Below are positions 18,948 through 30,779 of a stretch of 64,000 nucleotides of DNA, one piece after another (the stretch's first letter is position 1; each line of letters opens with the position of its first letter). This DNA is from Xanthobacteraceae bacterium (GTDB lineage: Bacteria; Pseudomonadota; Alphaproteobacteria; Rhizobiales; Xanthobacteraceae). Where the stretch lies: assembly GCA_039808405.1 (NCBI GenBank), contig JBDHSY010000001.1, positions 2,061 to 66,060 of the forward strand, written 5' to 3'. A program made the translations under genes and the position numbers. The notes beneath the pieces were generated by a model. That model searched no databases. It saw only the letters and a list, made by a program, of their open reading frames with translations, and was not told where the DNA came from.

Positions 18948-19046
18948 GGCTGGCGCCGGTTGTTCGGACAGTTTGGCGGCTTGGCTAAGGTTGCTTCAGA
19001 TTACGCCGCCAGTCCGCGCACCCGGGGTATCCTCCGGTCACTTCAA

Positions 19047-20760
<1,714 letters not shown>

Positions 20761-20771
20761 GAGGACTCCTT

Positions 20772-21137
20772 TCAGTAGAAGAACGGCAGAGCATAAGGAA
20801 ATGCGAGGGCGACCAGCACGAGAGCCACCACGATCCAGAAAGTGATCTTGTAGCCGGTCCTCACACGGGGGATCGCACACATATCGTTCGGATCGCAGGC
20901 GTGGGCTGGACGGAAGATGCGGCGCCATGCGAAAAACAACGCGATCAGCGCCGCTCCAGTGAAGAGCGGCCGGTAGGGCTCCAGCACGGTCAGATTGCCG
21001 ATCCAGGCGCCTGAAAATCCGAGCGAGACCAATACAAGAGGGCCGAGGCAGCAGGCCGATGCCAGGACCGCGGCAATTCCACCTGCAACCAGCGCGCCGC
21101 GCCCCTTTCCGGGCTCCTCCAAAGGCATTTCCGACAT
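20772..21137 (-). CDS. merT: Mercury transport protein MerT
   Basis: MSEMPLEEPGKGRGAL...ASACCLGPLVL...YRPLF...FPYALPFFY. Start at ATG 21137, by analogy with canonical MerT length. Confidence 0.9.
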   Translation of the reverse strand: MSEMPLEEPGKGRGALVAGGIAAVLASACCLGPLVLVSLGFSGAWIGNLTVLEPYRPLFTGAALIALFFAWRRIFRPAHACDPNDMCAIPRVRTGYKITFWIVVALVLVALAFPYALPFFY

Positions 21138-21170
21138 ATATTTCCTTTCGCGCATCGGCTTGTTGAAATA

Positions 21171-21201
21171 AGGCTACCTCCGGACTTAGGTACGGAGTCA
21201 A
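21171..21201 (-). promoter_or_regulatory. mer operator/promoter (PmerT) with MerR dyad
   Basis: The minus strand reads TTGACT-CCGTACCTAAGTCCGGAGG-TAGCCT (19-nt spacer). The dyad TCCGTAC-CTAA-GTCCGGA closely resembles the Tn501-type merO as I recall it. Confidence 0.8.
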
Positions 21202-21217
21202 GCTGGAGGAGTTCGCG

Positions 21218-21619
21218 TTGGGAAATCTGACCATCGGAGTGTTCGCCAAATCGGCCGGGGTCAGTATTGAGACGATCCGTTTTTATCAGCGCAAAGGGCT
21301 GCTCGTCGAACCGGATCGCCCTTATGGTGGTATCCGGCGCTACGGTGAAGCGGACGTGGCCCGCGTGAAATTCATAAAGGCCGCTCAGCGCCTGGGTTTC
21401 AGCCTGGATGAAGTCGCGCAATTGTTGCGGCTTGAGGATGGTACGCATTGCAGCGAAGCTGCGGAAATTGCCGGTGCGCGCTTGACGGACGTACGCGCAC
21501 GGCTCGCGGACCTCAAGCGGATGGATGCGGCGCTCTCCAGAATGGTCCGCGATTGTCGTGTCCACGACAGCAACGTGAGTTGTCCGCTCATCGTCGCGCT
21601 GCGTTGCAGGTCGGAATAA
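21218..21619 (+). CDS. merR: Mercury-responsive regulator MerR
   Basis: [26 protein letters not shown], Cys in ...GTHCSEA... and ...NVSCPLI.... TTG start at 21218 with GGAGGA upstream. Divergent from merTPA. Confidence 0.9.
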   Translation: MGNLTIGVFAKSAGVSIETIRFYQRKGLLVEPDRPYGGIRRYGEADVARVKFIKAAQRLGFSLDEVAQLLRLEDGTHCSEAAEIAGARLTDVRARLADLKRMDAALSRMVRDCRVHDSNVSCPLIVALRCRSE

Positions 21620-21670
21620 GGCGCGTTCGGCGACCGCATCGAGAGGACGGCCAATCTCACAATCATTACG

Positions 21671-21898
21671 TTGTCGTTGATCGCCTTTTTTAGTTCGTTT
21701 GCTTTGATCCGAACCCAGGCAACGATCGGCGATCGTGCCTTTCTGCGCTCAATGATCCCCCATCATTCAGGCGCGATCCTGATGTGCCGTGAAGCGGATC
21801 TGCGCGATGGAGAAGTCGAACGTCTATGCGGCCAAATCATCGCATCGCAACGCCAGGAAATCGACGAGATGAAGGCGATTCTCGATCGCCTCGACTGA
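21671..21898 (+). pseudogene. DUF305-like single-repeat fragment (possibly truncated)
   Basis: ...FLRSMIPHHSGAILMCREA...IIASQRQEIDEMKAIL resembles one DUF305 repeat. It has no ATG start. The frame opens directly after the merR stop codon (same frame), with only a TTG at 21671. Confidence 0.4.
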
Positions 21899-21968
21899 CA
21901 ATCGACAAATTTCGAGGGGTCCGCGCCGCGGGTGCGTAAAGGTCGTGGAATATGAGAGGACTCGGAGC

Positions 21969-22409
21969 ATGAAATTTCATCTAGCTGCGGCGGCATTGAT
22001 GCTATCCGCAACGGCGGCGAGCGCGGCAGGACCGATTGTGGTGCATCGCGACCCAGGCTGTGGCTGCTGCGAGCAATGGGCTGCCCAGGTGCGGACACAA
22101 TTCGACAGGCCCGTCAGGATGGTCGATGATCAGAAGCGATCCACCCTTCAGCGTGCGCGTGGCGTTCCTGTCTCGCTTTCCTCCTGTCACACCGCTCTCG
22201 TCGACGGCATGGTCTTCGAGGGTCATGTTCCCATCGCAGACATGAAGCGGGTGCTTGCCCAGCGCCCGAGAGGCGTATCAGGACTGGCTGTCGCTGGAAT
22301 GCCGATTGGATCGCCAGGAATGGAAGTGCCGGGGCGGCGCGGCGATCCCTATGTGGTCACGGCCTTTGGCTCCAACGGCACCCGTATATATGCGCGGCAT
22401 CAAGGATAG
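21969..22409 (+). CDS. DUF411 (CopG-like) periplasmic metal-binding protein
   Basis: MKFHLAAAALMLSATAASA signal peptide, then DPGCGCCEQW and SCHTALVDG..EGHVP motifs. Confidence 0.8.
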   Translation: MKFHLAAAALMLSATAASAAGPIVVHRDPGCGCCEQWAAQVRTQFDRPVRMVDDQKRSTLQRARGVPVSLSSCHTALVDGMVFEGHVPIADMKRVLAQRPRGVSGLAVAGMPIGSPGMEVPGRRGDPYVVTAFGSNGTRIYARHQG

Positions 22410-22454
22410 ACGGCGATTGCCGTCAGGACAGGGTTGTTATAGATAAATTCCATC

Positions 22455-22814
22455 GTGAAGCGTTTCCTCGTCTCGCTGCTCCTCATCGGAGCCCTGATCG
22501 GCCTCTTCGGAGCTGAGTTGGCCTATGCGCGCAGCGTTCCCGCGACCGCGCCGGCCAAGACAATGGCGATGGACGCGGATTGCATGGCCATGATGGCCAT
22601 GCAGCTGCCGGCGCCAAAGGAAAAGCCATGCAAGGGTCTCACCCTTGATTGCATCGCCGCCATGGGGTGCGTCGTGCCGTTGATGGCGGTTGATCTTCCT
22701 GGAAACCTCGCGGCACTTCACATCCACGGCAAGCCGATTTTCTGGTCGGCGACGACCGTACTCACTGGCAAGAACTTCGCCCCCGATCCCGATCCTCCCA
22801 TGAACCTTGGCTGA
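22455..22814 (+). CDS. Small exported Cys/Met-motif protein heading the cus operon (family member 3 of 3)
   Basis: 119 aa with a GTG start and an N-terminal hydrophobic segment. It has an LDCIAAMGCVVPLMAV motif and a Pro-rich C-terminus (APDPDPPMNLG). Confidence 0.55.
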   Translation: MKRFLVSLLLIGALIGLFGAELAYARSVPATAPAKTMAMDADCMAMMAMQLPAPKEKPCKGLTLDCIAAMGCVVPLMAVDLPGNLAALHIHGKPIFWSATTVLTGKNFAPDPDPPMNLG

Positions 22815-22896
22815 TTGACCGATCGCGTCTGTTCGGCACGCGGCAGCACCGCGCCCCGAACCCGATCCGTTTCCATTCAGTCAAAGGATATTCGTG

Positions 22897-23172
22897 ATGA
22901 CTATGAAGTTGCTTTCGGCCGCATTGCTGGCGGCCCTCAGCTTCACCACGCCCGTATGGGCGACCGACAACGCCCAGACCACGCCTCAAGGGCATTGGGA
23001 GTGGCAGTCGGCGCCTCAATACGGCCCGCGGGCTACCGGCCCTGCGCGGAAGCGCGTGTGGGTGCCCGATCAGGCACAGATGGCGAACTGTTCGTGCGAC
23101 ATGATGAAGATGAATGCCGCTGATTGCATGAAGTCCATGCATGATGGTCATTCCATGCCATCGGCCGACTAA
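22897..23172 (+). CDS. Small periplasmic Met/Cys/His-rich protein (about 91 aa) upstream of cusC
   Basis: Signal peptide (TTPVWA-T), CSCDMMKMNAADCMKSMHDGHSM motif. AGGA lies 8 nt upstream of ATG 22897. Confidence 0.6.
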   Translation: MTMKLLSAALLAALSFTTPVWATDNAQTTPQGHWEWQSAPQYGPRATGPARKRVWVPDQAQMANCSCDMMKMNAADCMKSMHDGHSMPSAD

Positions 23173-23304
23173 AATCAGCCCCGGCGCCTTCGGGTCGCAT
23201 CATTGCCGGGCTGGCGGTGGCGGCGGAACGCCCCCTGTTTCGTCGCCACCCTATGCCTGCAATCCTGCCCCGCGCTGGTCCGATCTCTCCAACGGGAGTT
23301 TTCC

Positions 23305-24531
23305 ATGCGCTATGTGTTCGTTGCGCTGCTGTCCGCCGCAATGCCGAGCTTTGCCTTCGCGCAACCGCTGACCTTTGAGGATGCCCTTTCCAGGGCGGAG
23401 ACCGCGCCGTCAGTACAGGCCCGTAGCCTCGATGTTGAGGCGCGCCGGGCGACCGCGATAGCCGCCGGGCGGCTTCCTGACCCCAAACTTGGCGTGGGTC
23501 TCGACAATTTCCCCGTCTCGGGTCCGCCCGCCTTCACCTATGCCGGCGACAGCATGACGATGGCGCGGGTGGGCATCAGCCAAGATGTGCCCAATGCCGC
23601 CAAGCGCCATGCCCAGCAGGGGCGCGCCCAGGCTGACATCGCGGCAGCCGAGGCCAACGGCGTGGCCGAAGCCCGTCGCGTCAGGGTGGCGGCCGCGCTT
23701 GCCTGGATCGATCTCTATTATGCAGGCCGACGTCTTGCAGTGATTGATGCCATCATTGCGCGGCAAAATGGCCTCGCGGTCGCCGCGCGTTCGGGCGTAG
23801 CGTCGGGCTCAGCGCGGCCCGCGCAAACACTCGACATCCGCCAGGCAATTGCCGCGCTTGAGGACAGGAGAAGCGAAGTCGCGGCCGATGCAGTTCGTGC
23901 TCGCTCGATGCTCGCCCGTTGGACGGGCGATGCGAACCCGGAGGTCGTTGGCACGATCCCCGATTTCGCGATCAATCCGTCCGGCTTGCGCGAGGCGGTC
24001 GACCAGCATCCCGATCTGAACGCAGCGATGGCGCGAACACGACAGGCGGAGGCGGATGTCACCGCAGCCCGCGCCACGAAACGGCCGGACTGGAGTTTCG
24101 ATGTCGCCTACCAGCGCCGCGCCGATCGCTATGGCGACATGGTGTCGGCCGGCGTCACGATCAGCCTGCCACTATTCGCGGGCACGCGGCAGGACCCGAT
24201 GATCGCGGCCAGCAGCGCGAGCGCGAGCGCGGCGCTCGCCGAGCAGGAAGACATGCGGCGCGCGCTGGCGGCTGATCTCCAAGCAGGGATTGCCGATCAT
24301 GTCATGCACCATGAGCAATGGATGCGCTCGCGCAACGACCTGCTGCCGCTGGCGCGACAGCAGGTCGATCTCGAGATCGCCAGCTATTCGGCGGGCCGTG
24401 CTGGATTGCTCGACGTGATCCAGGCTCAGACCATGCTGGCTAACACCGAAATCGAGACGCTCGACCGCGAGGCGCTGGTGGCGCGTGACGGCGCACGTCT
24501 TGTCCTCACCTATGGGAGCGACCGCCGATGA
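23305..24531 (+). CDS. cusC: Outer membrane efflux factor (CusC-like, TolC family)
   Basis: Internal ATG 23305 gives MRYVFVALLSAAMPSFAFA-QPLTFEDAL, followed by TolC-type repeats. It overlaps cusB by 4 nt. Confidence 0.85.
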   Translation: MRYVFVALLSAAMPSFAFAQPLTFEDALSRAETAPSVQARSLDVEARRATAIAAGRLPDPKLGVGLDNFPVSGPPAFTYAGDSMTMARVGISQDVPNAAKRHAQQGRAQADIAAAEANGVAEARRVRVAAALAWIDLYYAGRRLAVIDAIIARQNGLAVAARSGVASGSARPAQTLDIRQAIAALEDRRSEVAADAVRARSMLARWTGDANPEVVGTIPDFAINPSGLREAVDQHPDLNAAMARTRQAEADVTAARATKRPDWSFDVAYQRRADRYGDMVSAGVTISLPLFAGTRQDPMIAASSASASAALAEQEDMRRALAADLQAGIADHVMHHEQWMRSRNDLLPLARQQVDLEIASYSAGRAGLLDVIQAQTMLANTEIETLDREALVARDGARLVLTYGSDRR

Positions 24532-26003
24532 ACCTCGATCTTTCTCCGCGCGTAAAGCTTGGCCTCGTCGCTGCTGCTATTGCTCTGGCAGCAGGGGGCG
24601 TGGGCTATGGCATTGCCACCCTCAGCCATGACCGGGCAGCTGATCCAGGAACCGATGCGAGCGGGAAAATACTCTATTGGTATGACCCGATGGTCCCCAG
24701 CCAGCATTTCGACAAGCCCGGCAAATCGCCGTTCATGGATATGCAACTCGTCCCCAAATATGCCGACGAGGGGCCAAGCGAAGCAGGGGTAACGATCGAT
24801 CCGGCACGTACGCAGAGCCTTGGCCTGCGCGTGGTCGAGGCCCGGATGGGATCGTTAGGGTCCAGCCTCACCGCCACCGGCACGATCGATTTCAACCAGC
24901 GTGATGTCGCTATCGTGCAGGCGCGCGCTTCCGGCTTCGTCCAGCGCGTTTATGGCCGTGCGCCGGGCGATGTGATGGGTGCGGGCGCGCCGCTCGCGGA
25001 TTTGCTCGTCCCCGAATGGGCGGGTGCGCAGGCAGAATATCTGGCGGTTCGCCGGACAGGCGATGCGGCGCTGACTCGCGCCGCGCGTCAACGGCTCGCG
25101 CTGTTAGGCATCCCTTCGGGCACCATTGCCGCAGTCGAACGCGGCGAACGACCCAACAATGTCATCACCGTGTCGGCTCCAACCGGCGGCGTCATCAAAA
25201 CGCTCGGCGTGCGTGCCGGCATGACGGTGGCGGCGGGCCAGACGCTGGCGGAGATTAATGGACTCGGAACCGTCTGGCTCAACGCCGCCGTTCCCGAAGC
25301 CGTCGCGGGGTCGCTGCGGCCAGGACAGAGCGTGCAGGCAACGCTGGCTGCCTTTCCCGGCGAAATCTTGACCGGCCGTGTATCGGCCGTGTTGCCCGAG
25401 ACGCAGACCGACAGCAGGACACTGACCGTCCGGATAGAGCTGCCCAATCGTGGTGGCCGCCTGCGGCCAGGCATGTTTGCTACGGTCTCGTTTGGGGGAA
25501 GCGCGCAACCGGCGCTGCTGGTGCCTTCCGAAGCACTGATCCGCACTGGCAAGCGGACATTGGTGATGCTCGCGCTCGACAAGGGCCGCTACCGGCCCGC
25601 CGAGGTGCAGCCCGGACGCGAGTCCGGCGACGACACAGAGATCCTCGCGGGTCTCAGCGAAGGGGAGAAGATCGTCGTATCGGGACAGTTCCTGATCGAT
25701 TCCGAAGCGAGCCTGTCTGGCGTGGAGGCACGGCCGATTGGCGCTCCCTCCGCTACACCGGGAAAATCCGCTTCGACACTCTATGAAACCACGGGAAAGA
25801 TCGAGCAGATCACGGCGCAGTCGGTCACGCTCAGCCATGAGCCCGTCCCCGCCCTCGACTGGCCGGCGATGACCATGACCTTCCAGCTCGCGAATCCAGC
25901 GCTCGCGCGAGATCTTAAGACTGGTGACCGCGTCCGTTTCGGCTTTGACCGACCGCCGGCTGGGCCGACGGTACGGCGCATGTCGAAGGTGACAGGCCAA
26001 TGA
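24528..26003 (+). CDS. cusB: RND membrane fusion protein CusB-like with a C-terminal fused CusF-like domain
   Basis: N-terminal [27 protein letters not shown] metal site and an MFP core. The C-terminal ~75 aa, [27 protein letters not shown], matches the CusF H/W/M/M pattern. Confidence 0.88.
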   Translation: MNLDLSPRVKLGLVAAAIALAAGGVGYGIATLSHDRAADPGTDASGKILYWYDPMVPSQHFDKPGKSPFMDMQLVPKYADEGPSEAGVTIDPARTQSLGLRVVEARMGSLGSSLTATGTIDFNQRDVAIVQARASGFVQRVYGRAPGDVMGAGAPLADLLVPEWAGAQAEYLAVRRTGDAALTRAARQRLALLGIPSGTIAAVERGERPNNVITVSAPTGGVIKTLGVRAGMTVAAGQTLAEINGLGTVWLNAAVPEAVAGSLRPGQSVQATLAAFPGEILTGRVSAVLPETQTDSRTLTVRIELPNRGGRLRPGMFATVSFGGSAQPALLVPSEALIRTGKRTLVMLALDKGRYRPAEVQPGRESGDDTEILAGLSEGEKIVVSGQFLIDSEASLSGVEARPIGAPSATPGKSASTLYETTGKIEQITAQSVTLSHEPVPALDWPAMTMTFQLANPALARDLKTGDRVRFGFDRPPAGPTVRRMSKVTGQ

Positions 26004-29000
26004 TCGCCCATCTCATCCACTGGTCGGTCAGGAACCGCTTCCTTGTCGTGATCGGGGTCCTCGCTCTGATGGGCGTCGGGATATGGGCGGTGCGTTCGAC
26101 CCCGATCGATGCGTTGCCCGACCTCTCAGACACACAGGTTATCATCCGCACCTCCTATCCAGGCCAGGCGCCGCAGATCGTCGAGAATCAGGTCACCTAT
26201 CCGCTCACCACCACCATGCTGTCGGTGCCGGGCGCCAAGACGGTGCGTGGCTATTCCTTCTTCGGCGACAGCTTCGTTTATGTGATCTTCGAGGACGGCA
26301 CAGATCTCTATTGGGCGCGCAGCCGTGTGCTCGAATATCTCAATCAAGTGCAGGGGCGATTGCCGGCCGGCACGCGTAGCGCACTCGGACCGGACGCAAC
26401 CGGTGTGGGCTGGGTTTATGAATATGCGCTGGTGGATAAAAGCGGCCGGCACGACCTGTCACAACTTCGTTCCTTGCAGGACTGGTTCCTCCGCTATGAA
26501 CTGAAGACCGTGCCGGGTGTTGCGGAGATCGCCAGCATCGGCGGCATGGTGAAGCAATATCAGGTGCTACTCGATCCGGTGAAACTCGCCGCCTACGGTA
26601 TCACCCACGCCCAGGCGGTCGAGGCCATTCAGAAGGCCAATCAGGAAACCGGCGGCTCGGTGCTCGAGATGGGCGAAGCCGAGTATATGATCCGCGCCTC
26701 AGGCTATCTGAAGACGCTCGACGATTTCCGCACGATCCCGCTCCGCACCGCTGCGGGCGGCGTGCCGGTGACGCTTGGCGATGTCGCCACGATCCAGATC
26801 GGACCCGAGATGCGACGCGGCATCGCAGAGCTCAACGGCGAAGGCGAAGTGGCGGGCGGCATCGTCATTCTTCGTTCGGGCAAAAACGCGCGTGAAACGA
26901 TCGCAGCGATTAAGGACAAGCTCGATACACTCAAGACGAGCCTTCCGCCTGGGGTGGAGGTCATTACCACCTATGATCGTTCGCAGCTCATCGACCGCGC
27001 AGTGGAGAACCTCACCCATAAACTGCTCGAAGAATTTGTCGTCGTCGCAATCGTGTGTGCACTCTTCCTGTGGCATGTCCGTTCGGCGCTAGTCGCGATC
27101 TTTACCTTGCCCCTGGGCGTGCTGGCGGCGTTCGTCGTCATGCGGTTCCAGGGGGTCAACGCTGACATCATGTCGTTGGGCGGCATCGCCATCGCCATTG
27201 GCGCGATGGTCGATGCGGCAGTCGTCATGATCGAGAATGCCCATAAGAAGATCGAACATTGGGAGCAGGATCATCCCAGCCAGCAGCTCGATAACGATCA
27301 ACGCTGGAGGATCGTCACCGATGCGGCCGCCGAGGTCGGCCCGGCCCTTTTCTTCAGCTTGCTGATCATTACGCTGTCGTTCGTGCCGATCTTCACGCTC
27401 CAGGGGCAGGAAGGCCGGCTGTTCGCCCCGCTCGCTTTCACCAAGACATATGCGATGGCGGCGGCGGCGATCCTGTCGGTGACTTTGGTACCGGTCTTGA
27501 TGGGCTGGTTAATCCGGGGGCGCATTCCGGCCGAACAGGCCAATCCGATCAACCGTTGGCTTACTCATATTTATCGCCCCGCGATCGACTGGACGCTGCG
27601 TCGGCCGAAAACCGTGCTGCTGATCGCGGCGCTGGTGTTTGCGACCACGGCCTGGCCGCTATCGCGGCTCGGCGGCGAGTTTATGCCTAATATGGACGAG
27701 GGCGATCTGCTCTATATGCCCTCCGCATTGCCGGGCATGTCGGCGGCGAAAGCCTCGGAGCTGCTCCAGCAGACCGACCGGCTGATCAAGACGGTGCCTG
27801 AGGTACAAAGCGTGTTCGGCAAAGCTGGGCGAGCCGAGACCGCGACCGATCCTGCGCCGCTGGAAATGTTCGAGACGACCATTCAGTTCAAGCCGAGAGA
27901 CCAATGGCGCCCTGGCATGACGCCGGAGAAGCTGGTCGACGAACTGGACCGCACGGTGAAACTGCCCGGCCTTACCAATGTCTGGGTGCCGCCGATCCGT
28001 AACCGCATCGACATGCTGGCGACCGGCATCAAGAGCCCGATCGGAGTCAAGGTGTCGGGGTCGGATCTCGCCCAGCTCGATCGTATCGCGCATGCCATAG
28101 AAACGGTCGCCAAAACCGTGCCAGGCGTCAGCTCGGCGCTAGCCGAGCGGTTGACCGGCGGGCGCTATGTCGATGTTGATATCGACCGCGCCGCCGCCGC
28201 CCGGTACGGGCTTAACATCGTCGATGTGCAGGCGATCGTCTCGGGTGCGATTGGCGGCGAGACCATCGGCGAGACGGTCGAAGGGCTGGCGCGCTATCCG
28301 ATCAGCGTGCGCTATCCGCGCGAGCTGCGCGACAGCCTTGAAGGACTACGGACGCTACCGGTCCTGACTCCATCGGGCCAGCAGATCACCCTGGGCACGG
28401 TCGCGAGCGTCTCGATCGCCGAGGGGCCACCGATGCTCAAGACCGAGAACGCTCGGCCTTCGACCTGGATCTATGTCGATGTGCGCGACCGCGATCTCAC
28501 CTCGGTGGTTAGCGACCTCCAGCGGGCAGTGGCGAAGCAAGTGCAGCTCTCGCCGGGCGTTAGCATCGCTTATTCGGGCCAGTTCGAATATCTTCAGCAC
28601 GCTATTGCCAAACTGACGTTGGTGGTGCCGGCGACGCTCCTCATCATTTTTGTCCTGCTTTATATGACCTTCGGCCGGTTTGATGACGCTGCGCTGATCA
28701 TGGGCACGCTGCCATTCGCGCTCACCGGCGGCATCTGGTTCCTCTACCTGCTGGGTTTCAACCAATCGGTGGCAACGGGCGTCGGGTTTATCGCGCTGGC
28801 CGGTGTCTCCGCCGAGTTCGGCGTGGTGATGCTGATCTACCTGAAACACGCGTTGGCGGAGCTTGGCCCCGATCCGGACACCGCCCAGGTTGAAGCCGCC
28901 GTGCGGGAAGGGGCGCTCCTGCGCGTCCGGCCCAAGGCGATGACGGTCGCGGTAATCTTCGCGGGGCTTTTGCCGATCCTGCTGGGGAGTGGCACCGGAT

Positions 29001-29128
29001 CAGAGGTGATGAGCCGGATCGCGGCCCCCATGATCGGCGGAATGCTCACTGCACCGCTGCTCTCTATGCTCGTTCTGCCGGCAGCCTATCTGCTGCTGCA
29101 TCGACCGAAATCGAAACCTGTTTCATGA
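26000..29128 (+). CDS. cusA: RND Cu(I)/Ag(I) efflux pump CusA
   Basis: 1042 aa with the monovalent HME signature [20 protein letters not shown]. It sits in operon context with cusC, cusB and cusF. Confidence 0.92.
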   Translation: MIAHLIHWSVRNRFLVVIGVLALMGVGIWAVRSTPIDALPDLSDTQVIIRTSYPGQAPQIVENQVTYPLTTTMLSVPGAKTVRGYSFFGDSFVYVIFEDGTDLYWARSRVLEYLNQVQGRLPAGTRSALGPDATGVGWVYEYALVDKSGRHDLSQLRSLQDWFLRYELKTVPGVAEIASIGGMVKQYQVLLDPVKLAAYGITHAQAVEAIQKANQETGGSVLEMGEAEYMIRASGYLKTLDDFRTIPLRTAAGGVPVTLGDVATIQIGPEMRRGIAELNGEGEVAGGIVILRSGKNARETIAAIKDKLDTLKTSLPPGVEVITTYDRSQLIDRAVENLTHKLLEEFVVVAIVCALFLWHVRSALVAIFTLPLGVLAAFVVMRFQGVNADIMSLGGIAIAIGAMVDAAVVMIENAHKKIEHWEQDHPSQQLDNDQRWRIVTDAAAEVGPALFFSLLIITLSFVPIFTLQGQEGRLFAPLAFTKTYAMAAAAILSVTLVPVLMGWLIRGRIPAEQANPINRWLTHIYRPAIDWTLRRPKTVLLIAALVFATTAWPLSRLGGEFMPNMDEGDLLYMPSALPGMSAAKASELLQQTDRLIKTVPEVQSVFGKAGRAETATDPAPLEMFETTIQFKPRDQWRPGMTPEKLVDELDRTVKLPGLTNVWVPPIRNRIDMLATGIKSPIGVKVSGSDLAQLDRIAHAIETVAKTVPGVSSALAERLTGGRYVDVDIDRAAAARYGLNIVDVQAIVSGAIGGETIGETVEGLARYPISVRYPRELRDSLEGLRTLPVLTPSGQQITLGTVASVSIAEGPPMLKTENARPSTWIYVDVRDRDLTSVVSDLQRAVAKQVQLSPGVSIAYSGQFEYLQHAIAKLTLVVPATLLIIFVLLYMTFGRFDDAALIMGTLPFALTGGIWFLYLLGFNQSVATGVGFIALAGVSAEFGVVMLIYLKHALAELGPDPDTAQVEAAVREGALLRVRPKAMTVAVIFAGLLPILLGSGTGSEVMSRIAAPMIGGMLTAPLLSMLVLPAAYLLLHRPKSKPVS

Positions 29129-29139
29129 AGGAGAAAACC

Positions 29140-29502
29140 ATGAACTACTTGCGATTAAGCTTAGTCTTGGGCCTTGCAAGCCTGACCGCCGCCTGCGGGC
29201 AGAAGGCCGAGAGATCGGCCTCTTCCGAGATGACCGACAGCATGGATAATATGGCAATGGCGCCTGCTGCCACCACACCGATCCTGGCCAAAGGGCACGG
29301 CACCGTCACCGCGATCGACAAGGGCGCGGGCACCATCACGCTGGCGCACGGCCCGATCCCGGAAGTGAAATGGCCCGCGATGACTATGGCGTTCAAGGCG
29401 GCGCCCACGATAACGGACACGGCGCAAGTCGGCGACGAAGTGAATTTCGATCTGAGAATCGACGGCAGCGCCGGGGAAGTCACCGCTATTAGCAAGAAAT
29501 AG
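29140..29502 (+). CDS. cusF: Periplasmic copper chaperone CusF-like, lipoprotein-type signal (LTAAC)
   Basis: ...GHGTVTAIDKGAGTITLAHGPIPEVKWPAMTMAF.... Start at ATG 29140 (AAGGAG 7 nt upstream). Confidence 0.85.
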   Translation: MNYLRLSLVLGLASLTAACGQKAERSASSEMTDSMDNMAMAPAATTPILAKGHGTVTAIDKGAGTITLAHGPIPEVKWPAMTMAFKAAPTITDTAQVGDEVNFDLRIDGSAGEVTAISKK

Positions 29503-29603
29503 TGTACGGAGGGCGGCGCTACGGGTGTCTAGACAGCCGGTGCCAGCCTGCGATCGTCCCGCCGCAAACTGGGCATACCCCCATCAGCGGGGGCACCCCG
29601 CAA

Positions 29604-29694
29604 CGCCCCGAGAGTGAGAGGATAGCCGGATTATCCGTGACGGGTTGAAAGGCAGAGGGAGTGGCCCGATGCCGGCCCGTCGCGGAGACTCGCG
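29604..29694 (+). promoter_or_regulatory. GA-rich conserved leader element, copy A (upstream of ardC)
   Basis: AGAGTGAGAGG at 29611, GTGACGGG 26 nt later, GCAGAGGGAGTGGCCCG, CCCGTC..GGAG, then ATG 84 nt after the first motif. It aligns along its length with copy C. Confidence 0.55.
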
Positions 29695-30651
29695 ATGGCG
29701 CGCACCACCACCTCTCGCACCGGCAACGACCGGACAGACCTCTACCAATCCATCACCGACAAGATCATCGCCGAACTGGAGGCCGGACGGGTGCCGTGGG
29801 TTCAGCCCTGGGCCACGTCGAAGGCGTCGCTCGACATGCCGCGCAACGGCAAGACCGGCGATCGTTATTCCGGGATCAACATCCTGATCCTCTGGGACGC
29901 CGTGGTCGCCAATGGCTTCTCGACCCACACATTTCTTACCTTCCGCCAGGCGCTGGCGCTGGGCGGCAATGTCCGCAAGGGCGAGAGCGGCACGACTGTC
30001 GTCTATGCCCATCGTTTCACGCCGGACAGCGAACGCCGCCGCGCCAGCGAGGATGGTCGCGAGCCGGGCTCGATCCCCTTCCTCAAACGCTACACCGTCT
30101 TTTCGACCGACCAGTGCGACGGATTACCCGAACGCATCGCCGCCCCGCCGCCACCCGTGCCTGAAGGGCTTATCCTGCCTGAAGCCGAGGCGCTGATCGC
30201 CGCGACCGGCGCCGACTTCCGCATTGGCGGCGATCGCGCCTTCTATGCGCCCGGTCAGGACTATGTGCAGGTGCCGCGACCGGATGCCTATTTTGATCCC
30301 ATAAACTGGCATCGGACGGCATTTCACGAGCTATCGCACTGGGTCGGCGGCCGAAGCCGGCTCGACCGCGATCAGACCGGCGCGTTCGGTTCGAAAGAAT
30401 ATGGACGCGAAGAACTGATCGCGGAAATGGCGGGCGCCTTCGTCTGCGCCGCGCTCGGTATCGTGCCCACCGTCCGGCACGCCGATTACCTGGGCTCCTG
30501 GCTCGATATCATCCGCGAGGATAATCGGGCCATCGTCCGCGCCGCCAGCGCCGCCTCGAAAGCCGCAAACTTCCTCCTCGACTTCCGGGACGAGGACGCC
30601 GCCGATCAGTCTGCGGTCGCGGACGCGGAAATCCAGCGGAAGGCGGCGTGA
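29695..30651 (+). CDS. ardC: ArdC-like antirestriction protein (ssDNA-binding N-domain plus zincin metalloprotease)
   Basis: DLYQSITDKIIAELEAGRVPWVQPW N-domain and FHELSHW (HExxH) C-domain. Confidence 0.88.
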   Translation: MARTTTSRTGNDRTDLYQSITDKIIAELEAGRVPWVQPWATSKASLDMPRNGKTGDRYSGINILILWDAVVANGFSTHTFLTFRQALALGGNVRKGESGTTVVYAHRFTPDSERRRASEDGREPGSIPFLKRYTVFSTDQCDGLPERIAAPPPPVPEGLILPEAEALIAATGADFRIGGDRAFYAPGQDYVQVPRPDAYFDPINWHRTAFHELSHWVGGRSRLDRDQTGAFGSKEYGREELIAEMAGAFVCAALGIVPTVRHADYLGSWLDIIREDNRAIVRAASAASKAANFLLDFRDEDAADQSAVADAEIQRKAA

Positions 30652-30689
30652 GGTGCTTGCCCTTCCAGCGCTGGCGCCTGGGGCCAGGC

Positions 30690-30779
30690 CGGAGGGAGAG
30701 TGAGGGGCTGGCCTTCGGCTTTGTGACGGGCTTGCAGCCGAGAGAGAGTCTCCCGGCGACCCGTCATGGAGTAACCGAC
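30690..30779 (+). promoter_or_regulatory. GA-rich conserved leader element, copy C (upstream of the parB-like gene)
   Basis: AGAGTGAGGGG at 30697, GTGACGGG 26 nt later, CCGAGAGAGAGTCTCCCG, CCCGTC..GGAG, then ATG 83 nt after the first motif. Confidence 0.55.
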
